Positions 53,301 through 63,956 of a stretch of 64,000 bases of DNA are shown here, one piece after another. Position numbers and translations under genes: made by a program. Under the pieces are notes generated by a model that did not search any database, was not told where the DNA came from, and was given only the letters and a program-made list of their open reading frames with translations. Each line of letters starts with the position of its first letter. Position 1 is the first letter of the stretch. Origin of the DNA: Eledone cirrhosa (taxonomy: Eukaryota); NCBI GenBank assembly GCA_964016885.1, contig OZ024747.1:67642001-67706000 (forward strand). Reading direction: 5' to 3'.

Positions 53301-53778
53301 CCGAGGAGCCTTGCCAGTTCGGGATAAACTCTACAGGCATGGAGGTGCCGTCAGCCGGGCATGTCCGAGATGCGCGCAGGGCGACGAAACCGTCCTGCAC
53401 GCACTCGTCCAGTGTCCGAAAATTGCTGACTTGTGGGTTTATGTCGAACACCTGCTGTCGCGTTTAGGACGGATCCAGCTATCATCTGAGTCTATCGTGA
53501 GGATTGCCCCGCCCTCCTCCTTTAGCCGGGAAGGGCAGGCAGTTTTTATCTGTCTGGTGGCCATGGCGAAAGAGATAGTATGGTGGACACGTTTGAAAGG
53601 GCTGAAGACGAGCACTTACCTCTTCGGTGATGCTCTGATTGACTTTTTCAAATTTCATTTGAAAAGGAAAATCAGAGTAGAGAAGGAAGTGCTCTCTTCC
53701 CAGCATTTTGTTGAAAGATGGGTGAGAGAAGCAAGAATGGCCCGAGTGAATGGGCCGACTCTGAGTATATATCTGTAA
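50359..53778 (+). CDS. Tx1 ORF2 (1139 aa), copy 2
   Basis: As copy 1, with about 8 amino-acid differences. Confidence 0.97.
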   Translation: MTSLRIGSINARGLGSSWKQGHLLNDLRSLNIDVVAISETRISEARAFAPIFGGYDVYASPSRPGSGGGVAVLFRRGLDLAIRAIFLDPEGKLVVLDVTSGDGQAFRLVAVYTPTGAGRPDFFRRLETFLGTSRSLVLVGDWNGILDARWDCVGLADRGGGCKSLTNLLRRFELSDRYRLDFPNVPMWTWTNRIVSSRSYLDRVFCREIDTSSIGCPQFKIVSYTDHKFVTCVLDLDRLHRRGPGYWKLNASLPARKAYRDRISELVKRALTGAIVNNKWWFALKRAIRIESIRFSKALAIEKNRAEGELVRKLDEALSKGIATDVLAAKLALDQFFNAKHEGCVVRARVRALRHEGTKAVQWARVAEARRGNKATIRSLVDHDGRMLLDPGQMCEAFQRHFAQLFGGSGGPGRGMDFRVYLDGLPRLSATEAKCCEKPITAAEVREAMTGCTRGKSPGLDGLPYELYVQMPDLFGGLLADVYCNWQQNGRIPSSVSRGAVALLRKDPNKGDNIDNFRPITLLNTEFKILAKVLAKRLALVVGGLVGEAQTCAIPDRSIHDNLHLMRYIVERVAREPGTGGSLINLDQSKAFDRVDHRYLAAVLRAAGFGPVFRGWIAAMHSDICSVVRVNGHLSEPFNIMRSVRQGCPLSSLLYVLTLEPLLHKLETLRGVPRELGCGRSVSAYADDVTVVVSNAKHIEAIGTTLREYEAVTGAMINQEKSVGLQLGTWRGRSMPSNSVVGRWTDGPVKLLGVWFGPDLQTDKNWDEVTNRVASLTQKWAERKLSLKGRAEVANAYIASVICYCLTVVPCPKPRLTALERLLFRFLWKGRAPMVRRSICCQHPLRGGLGMPWLMMRRHALRLRHLHLFLDGDQVWSPFARRVFPQLVSLTELQSWVKRRPRGSAWRLECLQALTALDQSGNVIGGNSTSAFYRGLVEGKSDDVLGETLGVDENQLANLFGRTFGPGPMDNFQKSLAWQCYRGALPVRDKLYRHGGAVSRACPRCAQGDETVLHALVQCPKIADLWVYVEHLLSRLGRIQLSSESIVRIAPPSSFSREGQAVFICLVAMAKEIVWWTRLKGLKTSTYLFGDALIDFFKFHLKRKIRVEKEVLSSQHFVERWVREARMARVNGPTLSIYL

Positions 53779-54038
53779 ACTAAAGGTGGAAAACTGGGAG
53801 AGGGCACTTGCCTTGGTGGTCAGGGTCATTGTGGCTTTTCACTGGGCTTTCTCCACAAATGTCCCTCCGAAGTCTCCCCCCTATTGGGGAATTTTTCATT
53901 GTTATTTTCATTGTTATTTTTGTTACATCCTCTGTTTTTGTTTTTTTACACGCAGAAATGCCCATTTGTACCGTCCTGCATTGTCCTGCACTGTCCTTAA
54001 TGTCTACTTTATGTAAACCCTTGTGGTTAATAAAGAAA

Positions 54039-54078
<40 letters not shown>

Positions 54079-54112
54079 TATTATTACTTTTTTTTTTTTT
54101 TTTTTTTTTTTT

Positions 54113-57100
54113 CAAATTCAATGATGTTCCAGAACAATATAAAAGAGATAATTGGCAATTTAGGTTCTGGAACAAAAAAGATCATTGGCAATAAGGGCAG
54201 GGGCCCCAGGTTATCACAGCCTGGGCCCGCTCGTCATCGTGCCATTGTAATAGAGCCAACAAGGTATTTAGTCTTGGCTGCTGGAACGTACAGACGCTGC
54301 TTGACAGGGATTCCTTGGAGCGTCCTGAACGAAGGACCGCTCTTGTTGCAAAGGAGCTTCGACGTTACGATCTTGACATCGTGGCTTTATCTGAGACGAG
54401 GTTAGCTGGAGATGGTCATCTTACGGAATTTTGTGGAGAATATACATTCTTCTGGAAAGGAAGAGATGAAGGAACCAGAAGAGAGGCTGGGGTAGGATTT
54501 GCTGTTAAGACTGTACTTGTGAACAAATTAGAAGAATTCCCAGTAGGGATTAGTGAGCGTCTTATGTCCATGAGAGTTCCGCTGGACAAGGGAAGATGTG
54601 CTACCCTGGTGAGTGTGTATGCTCCAACTATGAGTTCTGTCGATGAGAAAAAGGTGTCCTTTTACCATGCCTTGAAAGGTGTTTTAAGAAATATCCCTCA
54701 GGCAGACAAAGTCATCGTGCTTGGTGACTTTAATGCTAGAGTGGGTAGGGATTTTAACACATGGAATGTAAACGGAAGGCATGGGGTGGGAAAGTGTAAC
54801 AGCAATGGTATGCTCCTGCTGCAGATGTGTGAGGAGTTGGATCTGTGTGTTACCAATACCATGTTCCAACAAAAGAACAAATTCAAGACCACATGGATGC
54901 ATCCTGCATCTAAGGAATGGCATCTTTTGGACTACGTCCTAGTCAGGATGCGTGACAGACAGGATGTGCAGTGTGTTCGTGTTCTTCGTGGAGCTGAGTG
55001 CTGGACGGACCACCGCCTGGTACGCGCAAAAGTGAAACTAATCACTAAACGTAAAATCCGGGCTCCTAGTGTTGCCCTGCCCAAAAGATTGAATGCTGCT
55101 CGTCTTAAGGATAAAAATGTGAAGAGGACATTGGAAGAAGAGATGCAGGCTGCAGATCTTGGTGAGGATTGGCCGACCCTTAAAAAGTCGGTTTATGATG
55201 TAGGCAGGCATGTTCTGGGATTGGCGCAGAGAAAACATCAGGACTGGTTTAATGAGAATGATGTACATATAGAAGACTTGTTGGCTGATAAGAGGCGTGC
55301 TCTGTCACGCTACTTGACGGCAAAACCACAGGAGAGGAATACGTTGCATGAGGAACTCAGGGATGTAAAATCACGTGTTAGGCGGAGTCTTTCTCAGATG
55401 AAGGATCAGTGGTGGAGTGAGAAGGCTGGTGAGATACAAACTGCGTCTGATTCCAATAACACAAAGCTGTTGTACAGTCTCTTGCGTGAGGTTTATGGAC
55501 CGTCTTCTTCTCTGGTGACACCGCTTCGCAGCAAGGATGGCAAAGAACTTCTTCGTGACTCACAAGGAATTCTACGAAGGTGGCGAGAGCACTTTGATGA
55601 TCTTTTGAATCAGCCGTCTGTCGTCAGTGAAGATTTCCTCAATCTCATTCCAGAAAGTCCTGTGAAAGTAGCTCTCGCAGAACCCCCGACGCTTGTGGAG
55701 GTTGCAGTGGCTATTTCGAAGCTGAACAGTGGAAGATCTCCAGGTATGGATGGCATACATGCTGAGCTCCTACAATATGGTGGTGAGAGACTCCTGCAAC
55801 ATCTTCACTCTTTGTTTGGCAGGATATGGGCTAATGAATCCGTACATGAGGACTGGAGAGATGCAGTAATGGTGGTTGTGTACAAGGGAAAGGGTAACAG
55901 GAACGATTGTGGGAACTACAGAGGTATATCATTGCTTTCTGTCGTAGGAAAAGTTTTATGTAGGGTGCTTCTGGACCGTCTGCTGACACACATTACAGAT
56001 TGTGTTCTTCCTGAAAGTCAATCTGCTTTTCGTGCTGGACGCGGCACTACTGATATGATCTTCTCAGCTAGACAGCTCCAGGAGAAGTGCATGGAACAAG
56101 GCTTGGATCTGTATCAGGTTTTTGTCGATCTGACAAAAGCTTTCGATACTGTTAACAGAGATGCATTATGGAAGGTTCTCCAGAAACTTGGTTGCCCTGA
56201 TAAGTTCCTTGCTTTAGTTAGGTCTTTCCATGACGACATGAAGGCTTGGGTTAATGTCGGGGGTAACATGTCGGAGCCTATCTCAGTAAAAAATGGAGTG
56301 AAACAGGGGGATATTCCAGCACCGACCCTGTTTGTCATATACTTTGCAATGGTTTTCTGTATTGCATTCAAGAATTGCGAGCATGGTGTTTACATCCGAT
56401 ATCGAACCTCAGGCAGCATATTTAACATCAGGCGCTTTGCTGCGAAGACAAAAGTATTTACATCAATCATAAGAGACCTCTTGTATGCAGATGATTGGGA
56501 TCTTGTAGCGCACACAGAGAGTGATATGCAGCACATTTTGAATGCATTTTCTGACGCTTGCACTGCCCTAGGTATGACTGTCAATCTTAAGAAAACCGTC
56601 GTCATGTACCAACCTGCTCCTGGTAAGCAGTACACTGAACCAAATATCTATGTGTATGGCAAACGACTTGGAGTGGTTGATCAGTTTGTCTACCTGGGAA
56701 GCACTGTCAATCGATACAGCAACCTTGACAGTGAAATCTCACTTAGGATTAGGAAAGCAAGTGATGCTTTCGGAAAGCTAGAAAGGCGACTCTGGGGTCG
56801 GCGAGACATATGCAGGAGGACAAAGGTAAAGGTGTACAGGGCATATGTGCTCTCTGGTCTTCTTTATGCCTTCGAGACCTGGGTCACATATCGACACCAC
56901 CTTAAGCAATTGGAGCGTTTCCATCAGATGTGTCTCAGACGGATCCATGGCGTTCACTGGAGGGACCACATCAGTGATGTCGAGATTTTGGAAAGCTCTA
57001 TGTGTGACGGTATAGAAGCTCTTGTGCTTAAGCAACGACTCCGTTGGAGTGGTCACCTTGCCAGGATGAAGGATTCTAGAATACCAAAACAACACTTTTA

Positions 57101-57880
57101 TGGAGAGTTGGTTAAAGGAAAACGACCCCCACATAAACCAAAAAAGAGGTATAAGGATTCCTTGAAAGCCTCTCTGAAAGACGCTAACATCTCTGCTGAT
57201 ACATGGGAAAATATTGCTGCTGATCGTAATAAATGGAGAAAGACTGTATATGAGGGAAAAGTTGCCTTTGAGGCATCTCGAATCGCATACGAGAAAGTAA
57301 AGCGGGATGTGAGGAAGGGCATTGCTGTTGCACTTCCAGACGGCGAGGGTCCTCCTATGGTGCTGACATGCAGCGTCTGTGCGAGACTCTGCCTAAGCAA
57401 AGCTGGACTAGAAAGTCATCTTCGCAGTCATAAAGTAAGACCAGTGGTTGACTACCAGGCTGCTGTTAGAGATGCTACTCATCATGCTTGCCAAACATGT
57501 GGTAGAGAATGTAAATCAGCAGGAGGGCTCAAGCGACATGCAAAAGTACACGAACTCCAACCACAGCCGACTATTCCCAGTGAATGTTTTGGTTGCCGAC
57601 TCTGTGCAAGACATTTTCGATCATTGGCTGGGCTAAAAAGCCACATTCGATCGCATCGCTGTTAGTTGCTATCGTGTGTGTGTGTGTATAGATATGTTTA
57701 TGTGTGTGCGTGTATGTGTATATATATATGTATATGTATATTATTATTGTTGTTGTCGTTATTATTATTGTTGTTATTATTATCATTATTATTATTATTG
57801 TTATTAATGTATGTGTGTGTGTATATGTGTGTGTGTATATGTGTATGTATGTGTGTATGTATATATATATATATTTATAT
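54113..57880 (+). mobile_element. Near full-length RTE-clade LINE
   Basis: Single EN-RT ORF. 3' UTR microsatellite mosaic shared with the 24024 copy. Confidence 0.93.
54195..57665 (+). CDS. RTE ORF: APE endonuclease, RT and three C2H2 zinc fingers. The frame is open from 54195, with no AUG before EN motif I
   Basis: LGCWNVQTL lies upstream of the track start in the same frame. LSETR, VYAPT, GDFNARVG, LDY, TDH, YRGISLLS, YADD; CSVC..H..H, CQTC..H..H, CRLC..H..H. Confidence 0.93.
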   Translation, partial: GQGPQVITAWARSSSCHCNRANKVFSLGCWNVQTLLDRDSLERPERRTALVAKELRRYDLDIVALSETRLAGDGHLTEFCGEYTFFWKGRDEGTRREAGVGFAVKTVLVNKLEEFPVGISERLMSMRVPLDKGRCATLVSVYAPTMSSVDEKKVSFYHALKGVLRNIPQADKVIVLGDFNARVGRDFNTWNVNGRHGVGKCNSNGMLLLQMCEELDLCVTNTMFQQKNKFKTTWMHPASKEWHLLDYVLVRMRDRQDVQCVRVLRGAECWTDHRLVRAKVKLITKRKIRAPSVALPKRLNAARLKDKNVKRTLEEEMQAADLGEDWPTLKKSVYDVGRHVLGLAQRKHQDWFNENDVHIEDLLADKRRALSRYLTAKPQERNTLHEELRDVKSRVRRSLSQMKDQWWSEKAGEIQTASDSNNTKLLYSLLREVYGPSSSLVTPLRSKDGKELLRDSQGILRRWREHFDDLLNQPSVVSEDFLNLIPESPVKVALAEPPTLVEVAVAISKLNSGRSPGMDGIHAELLQYGGERLLQHLHSLFGRIWANESVHEDWRDAVMVVVYKGKGNRNDCGNYRGISLLSVVGKVLCRVLLDRLLTHITDCVLPESQSAFRAGRGTTDMIFSARQLQEKCMEQGLDLYQVFVDLTKAFDTVNRDALWKVLQKLGCPDKFLALVRSFHDDMKAWVNVGGNMSEPISVKNGVKQGDIPAPTLFVIYFAMVFCIAFKNCEHGVYIRYRTSGSIFNIRRFAAKTKVFTSIIRDLLYADDWDLVAHTESDMQHILNAFSDACTALGMTVNLKKTVVMYQPAPGKQYTEPNIYVYGKRLGVVDQFVYLGSTVNRYSNLDSEISLRIRKASDAFGKLERRLWGRRDICRRTKVKVYRAYVLSGLLYAFETWVTYRHHLKQLERFHQMCLRRIHGVHWRDHISDVEILESSMCDGIEALVLKQRLRWSGHLARMKDSRIPKQHFYGELVKGKRPPHKPKKRYKDSLKASLKDANISADTWENIAADRNKWRKTVYEGKVAFEASRIAYEKVKRDVRKGIAVALPDGEGPPMVLTCSVCARLCLSKAGLESHLRSHKVRPVVDYQAAVRDATHHACQTCGRECKSAGGLKRHAKVHELQPQPTIPSECFGCRLCARHFRSLAGLKSHIRSHRC

Positions 57881-58111
57881 ATACGATATTAATAAATGGA
57901 AACTATATTTATAAAACCATATTTATTTCATTATACATATTTCAGAGATACCAAATTAAATCATGGTATGCCTTCATCAGACAAAATACAATATATAACA
58001 GTTTTACAAATAAGATTTGACGTACCCTATTAAAATGCAACCATTGTTTTTGGAAGCCATCCGGATAGTGATTTGTTTATATTACTTTAATAAGTCATAG
58101 TGTTAAGGACA
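57881..58111 (-). mobile_element. Penelope-like family A copy in the RTE 3' UTR (TA)n; hammerhead at 57925-57987
   Basis: Homologous to 19447-19677. Confidence 0.75.
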
Positions 58112-58180
58112 ATGTATGTATGTATGTATATATATATATATATATATGTATGTATATATATCTATCTATATATGTATGTA

Positions 58181-58245
<65 letters not shown>

Positions 58246-58338
58246 GTTTGTATATATATATATGTATGTATATGTATGTATATATATATATATGTATATA
58301 TGTATGTATATATGTATATATATATGTATATATGTATG

Positions 58339-58371
<33 letters not shown>

Positions 58372-58446
58372 GTATATTTGTATGTATATATATATATATG
58401 TATATATGTATGTATATATACATGTATGTATATATGTATGTATATA

Positions 58447-58913
58447 CAAAGGTCGGAAGATCTCATAAGAGTCAACGGCCATCCAAAAGTGTGTAAATAT
58501 GTATATACACATGTACATATGTATGTATATGTGCATATACATGGGTGCATGTGTGTGTATATGCGCGGGACATAGAGATAGTCGGGCTGGACACCAGATC
58601 GCGCGGTTAAACCACTGGGAGTGAAGGACCCCTAGCCTTTGTCAGGGCATTCTTCTAGGAGAAGGCATCTCAGGAAACTGGGATAATTCCGATATAAAAC
58701 CTGCGGCTCAGTAGTTACCGATGATGTTGATATTTTCTTCTTTTCGGGTTATAGCTACTGTCGCCCAGAGAGTGGGATTGGCTCAGTGCACAGTCTTTCC
58801 TCACTTTAAAACATATCTTCACGCACAGGCATTGCACGATAGAATTAATTAATAATTATTAATAATGGTATATCGTGCAATGGCCATACTGGATAACGAG
58901 GGGGCAGTCATCA
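58447..58913 (+). mobile_element. Bipartite non-autonomous RTE derivative, second subfamily (5' UTR segment plus RTE terminal 41 bp)
   Basis: 58873-58913 matches 26063-26103 with 2 mismatches. Upstream part matches 41629-41910. Confidence 0.8.
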
Positions 58914-59189
58914 TATATATATATATATATATGTATGTATATATACATGTATATATGTATGTATATATATATGTATATATGTATGTATATATACATGTAT
59001 GTATATATGTATATATATATATATGTATGTATATATATATATATGTATATATGTATGTATATATATATGTATGTATATATACATGTATGTATATATGTAT
59101 ATATATATATATATATGTATGTATATATATATGTATATATATATGTATGTATATATGTATATATATGTATATATATATGTATATATGTA

Positions 59190-62100
59190 TGTTTATCTCT
59201 TTCTCTTAATTTTGAATATATTTTTTTTTGACCGGCCACCTTCCTGGTGGCAAGGTTGTAAAAGGAAAGAAATTGTCATCCCTTGAATCGCCAGAGTGTT
59301 TTGCAAATTTTGAAGGTGCCAGCTATCGCAGCCATTTGTAGACTATGAATTAGGGAGCTGCGCTTTTTGTCCGCAAATCCAAGTTCAGTCATACTTTGGT
59401 CCAAGCGGGTTGGTATATAATCCGTAGCTCCAATAATGATGGGTATGAAGCTAAAGGTGTATCTTAGATACTGGATTTGTAAACTCCTCATCAATGGTCC
59501 GTAGATGTCCTCCTTCTCCTGTATTTTTCTGACAACGTTTACATCAAGTGGGCAGCTGATCTCCACAACAGAACACGTTTTCAATGTGTGGCGCCAAACA
59601 ACAATATCAGGCCGGTTGTGCTTTAATTTGGTGGCAGTTTTTATTTTCAGGTTCCACCAGTATTCCTTAGTGCCATCTGTCTCAATATATTCTTCCTCGT
59701 TTGTTGTTAATTTTGTTTTCCGAAGTGCGTTCCAGATGGTTCTAGCTATCCCATCGTGTCTCATGGGGAGGTAGTAGCGAGATGACATTCTTTCGCAGCT
59801 GGCAACAATGTGGCTTACATCCTCGATCTTTGTTTTACATAGCTTACATTTATTGTCAGCTGCTGGCCCTCCTCTTTTGTGCAGCAGATACTTGGTAGGG
59901 AGTTCTTGTTTCTGTATTGCATAGAGATATCCCTCAAGGTGTGATGTCATAAACTTGTCGGAACTCCATGCCAGGCTTTTTGAGTGGTTTATCCCTTCTA
60001 TGGTCTGTGTTTTACGTCTCAAGTATCCATGCACAACTTTTTCTGTAAATTGGTCAATTTTTTCATCTTGTTTGAACATTGAATAGGATCTTCCGATTTC
60101 TCTGGGTGAGAGATTTATATCAGGCTGTATTCCATATCTATCCTCCAGATCAGTCGCTATTCTAATGATATTTTTTTTTTATGCTCATAAACCTGGGCAA
60201 GATGGTTGCCAACCTTTTTCCTCTGTTGAAGGTGTTGCTTCAGTGTTACTATCCGGGTCTCATATGTTGTTAATATTGATTTTAGACCTCGGCCACCTTC
60301 CTTGCGTGAGAAGTATAGCCTATCCACATCACCATTGATGTTAAAGTTCCCAGTAACACTGAGAAGTTCGCGAGTTCTAACATCCATCTCACTTAATTCT
60401 TGCAATGACCGGTTCAGCAGGCCAAATGTTGGCGTTAGAATTGGCACAGCATAAGTATTGTGGGCAATGTATTTGTTGTACGCTGACAGTTCTGATGACC
60501 ATATTTTCTTTACTCTTCTGAGGTATTCAGTTCTGGTTCTCTCCTTATTTATGGGTCCATAATATCTGACATTCTCATCCTGTCCAAGATATCTGTAGTT
60601 GTCACCTGACTGTAGAGGTTGTATTGTCAGGTCGTTCATCTCTAGATTTCTAGAGGAGGGCACAGCTCTTCCACGTTTTACTGCCAAATATGCACACTTG
60701 GACTCACCAAATTTCATTTTGATGTCGGTTGAAAATTGTGTAATGAGGTCCAATTGTTTCTTGATGTCATTGATATTTGGCCCATACAACTTCAGGTCAT
60801 CAACAAAGAAAAGATGGGAGATACTTCTGGACCCACTTATTTGTCCACCTTGTTTCCTGAGTAGGTAAGATAGTGGATTCAGTGAGAGAACGAAGAGTAG
60901 CACTGACAAGCTATCACCCTGAAAGATGCCCTTCTGGTAACGTATCTTATCAGTCTTAACTTGCTCCTTCTCACCTCTAAGGATCAAATTGGTGTACCAG
61001 TTCTTGGTCAGGCGTTCAACAGCAGCTACCAATGGTTGTGGGACTTTGGCTAACTGTAAAGCCTTAATAATCCACCCATGAGGTACACTATCAAATGCTT
61101 TTTGATAGTCCAGCCACACCACAGTCATGTTTGTGCGATTCTTTGTTGTTTTTCCCTGCATCATTTTGTTAGTTAGTAGGTGATCTATGCAACCCCACAC
61201 CTCCCTCTTTCCACCAGCTTGCTCAGGTGTTATGATGTTGTTGGTAGCACAGTGATCCTGTAAGAACAGGTTGAGGCACCCAGTATATAATTTATACATG
61301 ATGTTTTGGCAGGCTATTGGGCGGTAATTTTTAGCAAGGGTGGTTTGGCTATTTTGGGGAATGAGGAGAGTAGTGGCAGTTGACAACCATCTGGGCAGTT
61401 CTTGTGTGCCTTTAATGGTTTCTGTAAACAGCCGTATGAGATCTTCCCGATAGAAAGTGAAATTCTTCAACCAGTATCCTGTAATGATGTCTGGGTCTGG
61501 CGATTTCCTATTCGACATTTTCTGTAGAGCTGTTTCCAATATTGACCCATCTATGTCATATTGTTTTGTCTGGACATGTTGGCAGTAGTCCTGTTCCAGT
61601 TCTTTTAGCCAATTAGTTTGTCTGTTGAATCCGTCATCTGTTTCCCATACAGATCTCCAGTAGCTCTCAACCTGTTCTTTTGAAGGGGTGCCATTTACAG
61701 AGATTGAGCTTTTGCCACCGAAGCTGCGATAAACTGATTTAGGATCTCTGGCAAACAATCTATTTAGCACTTGTCGTTTATGTGCTGTTGACTTATATTT
61801 TAGTCTTTCTGTTGTAGCTGTGAGTTGTTGTTTCAACTGGTGTAATTTGGAGTTCAAAGTTTTAAATTTGGTATCTCCAAATCGTCTAACTTTTTTTTTA
61901 GGTCTTCCTGGTGTCGTGTGAAGTTGCTCTCTATGTTGCATTTCATCACGACTGCGATGTGTGAGGTAATTCGTCTCAGGGACAAAATTTTGCTTTTTAA
62001 ATTTCGCATCGACGCTGGTTCAGGCTTTCTGTTTGTATCTTGATTGCGTGGTTTTAGATGTGTGTTATATGATAGCAATGTGGCAGCTGAAACATATAAC

Positions 62101-63288
62101 AAAATATTAAGCGTTTCAAATGTCGTTTCTACACCTTTAGATCGTATAGCCTTCAGATAATTGCCAGCTATTTCGTTCACCGCTTCCAATTCCAATTTAG
62201 TGGGTTCTTTACTGATTCTGGTGTTGTATGGTCTGTCACTCACATTAAGGCTGTGTATCTCTTGAAACATATCGTTCCATATCACTTGTAAGGTGTCCAC
62301 AAGTTTTTGGTGTTCTGTTTGTTCAGTAGAGTCATGAATTTCAGCCTCGTTGTTGATGTGGTGACAATTACTACTAGAGTTAGCTGACCTTGCTCGCTGT
62401 TCTTCAGTGGAAGTGGGATGGATTTCAGCAAAATTGTTGGTGAGCTGTTCACTGTTAGATTTAGCTGGCCATTCTCTTTGTCTGTCAGTGGAGGTGGGGT
62501 GGTTGTCTACAAGGGCTGTATTTGTAGTATCACTCAATTCCGTTAGATGTATCAATTTACATCTAATGATACGTTTTGCCTGTTCATTTAAATGCTTTGG
62601 AGAAAAGTCTAATTCTGGGTGTTTGGAGTTCCATAAAGTTTTTAGCCTTTGCATAAAACCGAACTTTTGGGGTTCAGATTGTTTGTATGCTTCATATAAT
62701 TCTTTGTTAAGCTCGTAGCTCCACTGTATACAACGGTTGTAGTTGCGATTTGGTCGAAGGAGACTTGTACTTTTTGCCATGATGAGTTCGTCTATTCACT
62801 AATATTTCGTATTTATTTTTTCAAAATAGTCGATGATCTTTAAAAGTTTCGACAAAGTTCTGCCAGAATCAAATTTAAAGTTATTCACAGCTTGGGTAAT
62901 ATTTCTTTTCAGTTAGTTTTTAATTCTACAACTGTGTTTTAAACGTTGTTCTTGAATCGTTTGCATCGAGTACAAAAAGAACCGTTACTTAGTATATTTC
63001 TTTATGAATGTAATATAATATAACAACGCTGTATTTATATGTTAAAGTTTATGTATCATTCATATAAATAGGTGTTCTACAACATATTCACAACATTCAC
63101 AGTTCAAACACTTATATTTTTGTTTCTGAATCGAAAACGTTACTTTTATATTTCTTTATAAATGTAATATAACAACGTTGCATTTATATGTTAAAGTGTA
63201 TGTATCGTTCATATATCATAAGTGTATGTATCGTTCATATAAATAGGTGTTTTACAACACACTTACAGTTCAAACACTTATGTAGAAT
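59190..63288 (-). mobile_element. Full-length R4/Dong-type non-LTR retrotransposon (RT plus restriction-like endonuclease)
   Basis: One long ORF broken twice. The upstream region has an about 150-bp tandem duplication (62975-63280). Flanked by (TATG)/(TA) repeats. Confidence 0.88.
59276..62780 (-). pseudogene. R4-clade ORF in three pieces (61854..62780, 60157..61941, 59276..60079)
   Basis: N-terminal WSYELNKELYEAY; NYRPIAC, DYQKAFDSVPH, GIFQGDSLS, FVDD; CKLC..H..C finger, RH, RPD..E..CP..K nuclease. Breaks coincide with A-runs at 61891-61899 and 60171-60180. Confidence 0.9.
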
Positions 63289-63374
63289 TATGTATGTATG
63301 TATGTATATATGTATGTATATATGTATATACATACATATATACATATATACATATATACATATATACATATTAT

Positions 63375-63956
63375 GTCAGGTCACCAGTTGGTGCTACTGG
63401 TAACATGTATCCCAGTACAACCTGTCTCATGGTCGGGTCGTTGGCGACTAAACTGGCAACAAGGTTTCTTGGTGAGGCGGGTGACTTTGGATATCCTGCA
63501 GGACTAAAAACAAAACCTGTCAAAGGGTAAAGGACCTCTTAAGAGTCAATGGCCATCCAAAATCACCGGGAGAGATGACCCCTTAGCCTTTGTCAAGGCA
63601 GAATTCTAGGAGAAGGAAAACCCTGATGGTATCCAATGATGTTGACTTGTTCTTCTTTTTGGTAAATATCATCTGGTCAAGAGAGTGGGACTGGCTTTGT
63701 GCAGTGCCTTTGCTCACTATAAAAGCTTCATGGCACAGGCATTGCTTTATATCTGGAGATCTCTCTGCACTTGTCGTCACATGGTACCATGGGCCCAGCA
63801 CTATGGGACAATAATTGTCACAAGTGTAGTGTTTGTACCAGAGTTTTCAAGTCGCTGGGTGGATTAAAAAGTCACACTCGTTCAGCGCATCGGTAGGGGT
63901 TCTCCTACATTGATATAAAGTAGTGGCCGTACTCGAAAACGAGTTGGCAGCCACCA
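63375..63956 (+). mobile_element. Bipartite non-autonomous RTE derivative, copy 4
   Basis: Near-identical to 12645-13244 with small deletions. Confidence 0.88.

Larger units (their letters stand above)
48014..54040 (+). mobile_element. Full-length L1/Tx1-clade LINE, copy 2
   Basis: Same organisation, offset about 6055 bp. (ATT)n tail at 54041-54087. Confidence 0.96.

Noticed and set aside
42278-53829. Many antisense and alternate-frame ORFs inside the Tx1 copies
   Set aside because: Shadow ORFs of GC-rich coding sequence, duplicated only because the element is duplicated.
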